A stretch of DNA of 64,000 nucleotides from Candidatus Bipolaricaulota bacterium (lineage in GTDB: Bacteria; Patescibacteriota; Patescibacteriia; UBA11705; DATKZF01): contig DATKZF010000003.1 in NCBI GenBank assembly GCA_035528115.1, positions 150,699 to 214,698 of the forward strand, read 5' to 3'. Below the pieces are notes generated by a model, which was given only the letters and a program-made list of their open reading frames with translations, ran no database searches and had not been told where the DNA came from. Shown here piece by piece: positions 63,990 to 64,000 of the stretch (position 1 is its first letter; every line of letters begins with the position of its first letter). The position numbers were made by a program, and so were the translations under genes.

Positions 63990-64000
63990 AACCTGAGAAA

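Noticed and set aside
1-64000. Prophage, integrative element or IS calls for the GC-rich islets
   Set aside because: No integrase, transposase, recombinase, terminal inverted repeats of an IS, or phage structural genes were found anywhere in the window. The islets are single genes, so only compositional anomaly is claimed.

Overview
The window is an AT-rich (about 40-45% GC) bacterial chromosomal segment with almost no gaps between genes. About 85% of genes are on the minus strand, and most native genes have no recognisable Shine-Dalgarno (SD) sequence. The gene content is streamlined and has many unannotatable membrane or secreted proteins and two giant surface proteins, which is compatible with a Candidate Phyla Radiation (CPR)/Patescibacteria-like organism; that assignment is inference only.

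Calls I am confident of:
- Housekeeping: tpiA, pyrG, rplI, murA, ddl, thiI, thrS, dnaE, pyk, and rmlA/rmlD/rmlB.
- Proteases and cell wall: an M16 peptidase, a CtpA-like S41 protease and an S8 subtilase.
- Glycan cluster: several GT2/GT28 glycosyltransferases, GtrA and an O-antigen-ligase/TPR protein.
- Small enzymes and structural proteins: bactofilin, a HIT protein, a ferredoxin and a YraN-family endonuclease.
- Three tRNAs: Thr-GGU, Gln-UUG and Leu-GAG.

Things that stand out:
1. A likely T-box leader (conserved AAUUGGGUGGAACCGC motif, ACC specifier, terminator) sits directly upstream of thrS.
2. Five compositionally foreign GC-rich (52-65%) single-gene cassettes each carry a strong SD and their own terminator, unlike the host genes.
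3. An AT-poor (about 33% GC) islet encodes an unusual 626-aa radical-SAM (CxxxCxxC) protein, preceded by an overlapping 49-aa lysine-rich ORF.
4. A GC-rich hairpin repeat family flanks all three tRNA genes, and the 5' end of tRNA-Thr carries a 16-bp duplication.
5. A 40-bp tandem array occurs twice, and its TTGTAATTCGTAAC core recurs at about a dozen intergenic sites, with copies converging on central points.
6. CATGAAT-type heptad repeats occur in the 5' leaders of several genes.
7. Iteron-like repeats lie upstream of dnaE and pyk.

No transposase, integrase, CRISPR-Cas or phage structural genes were seen.
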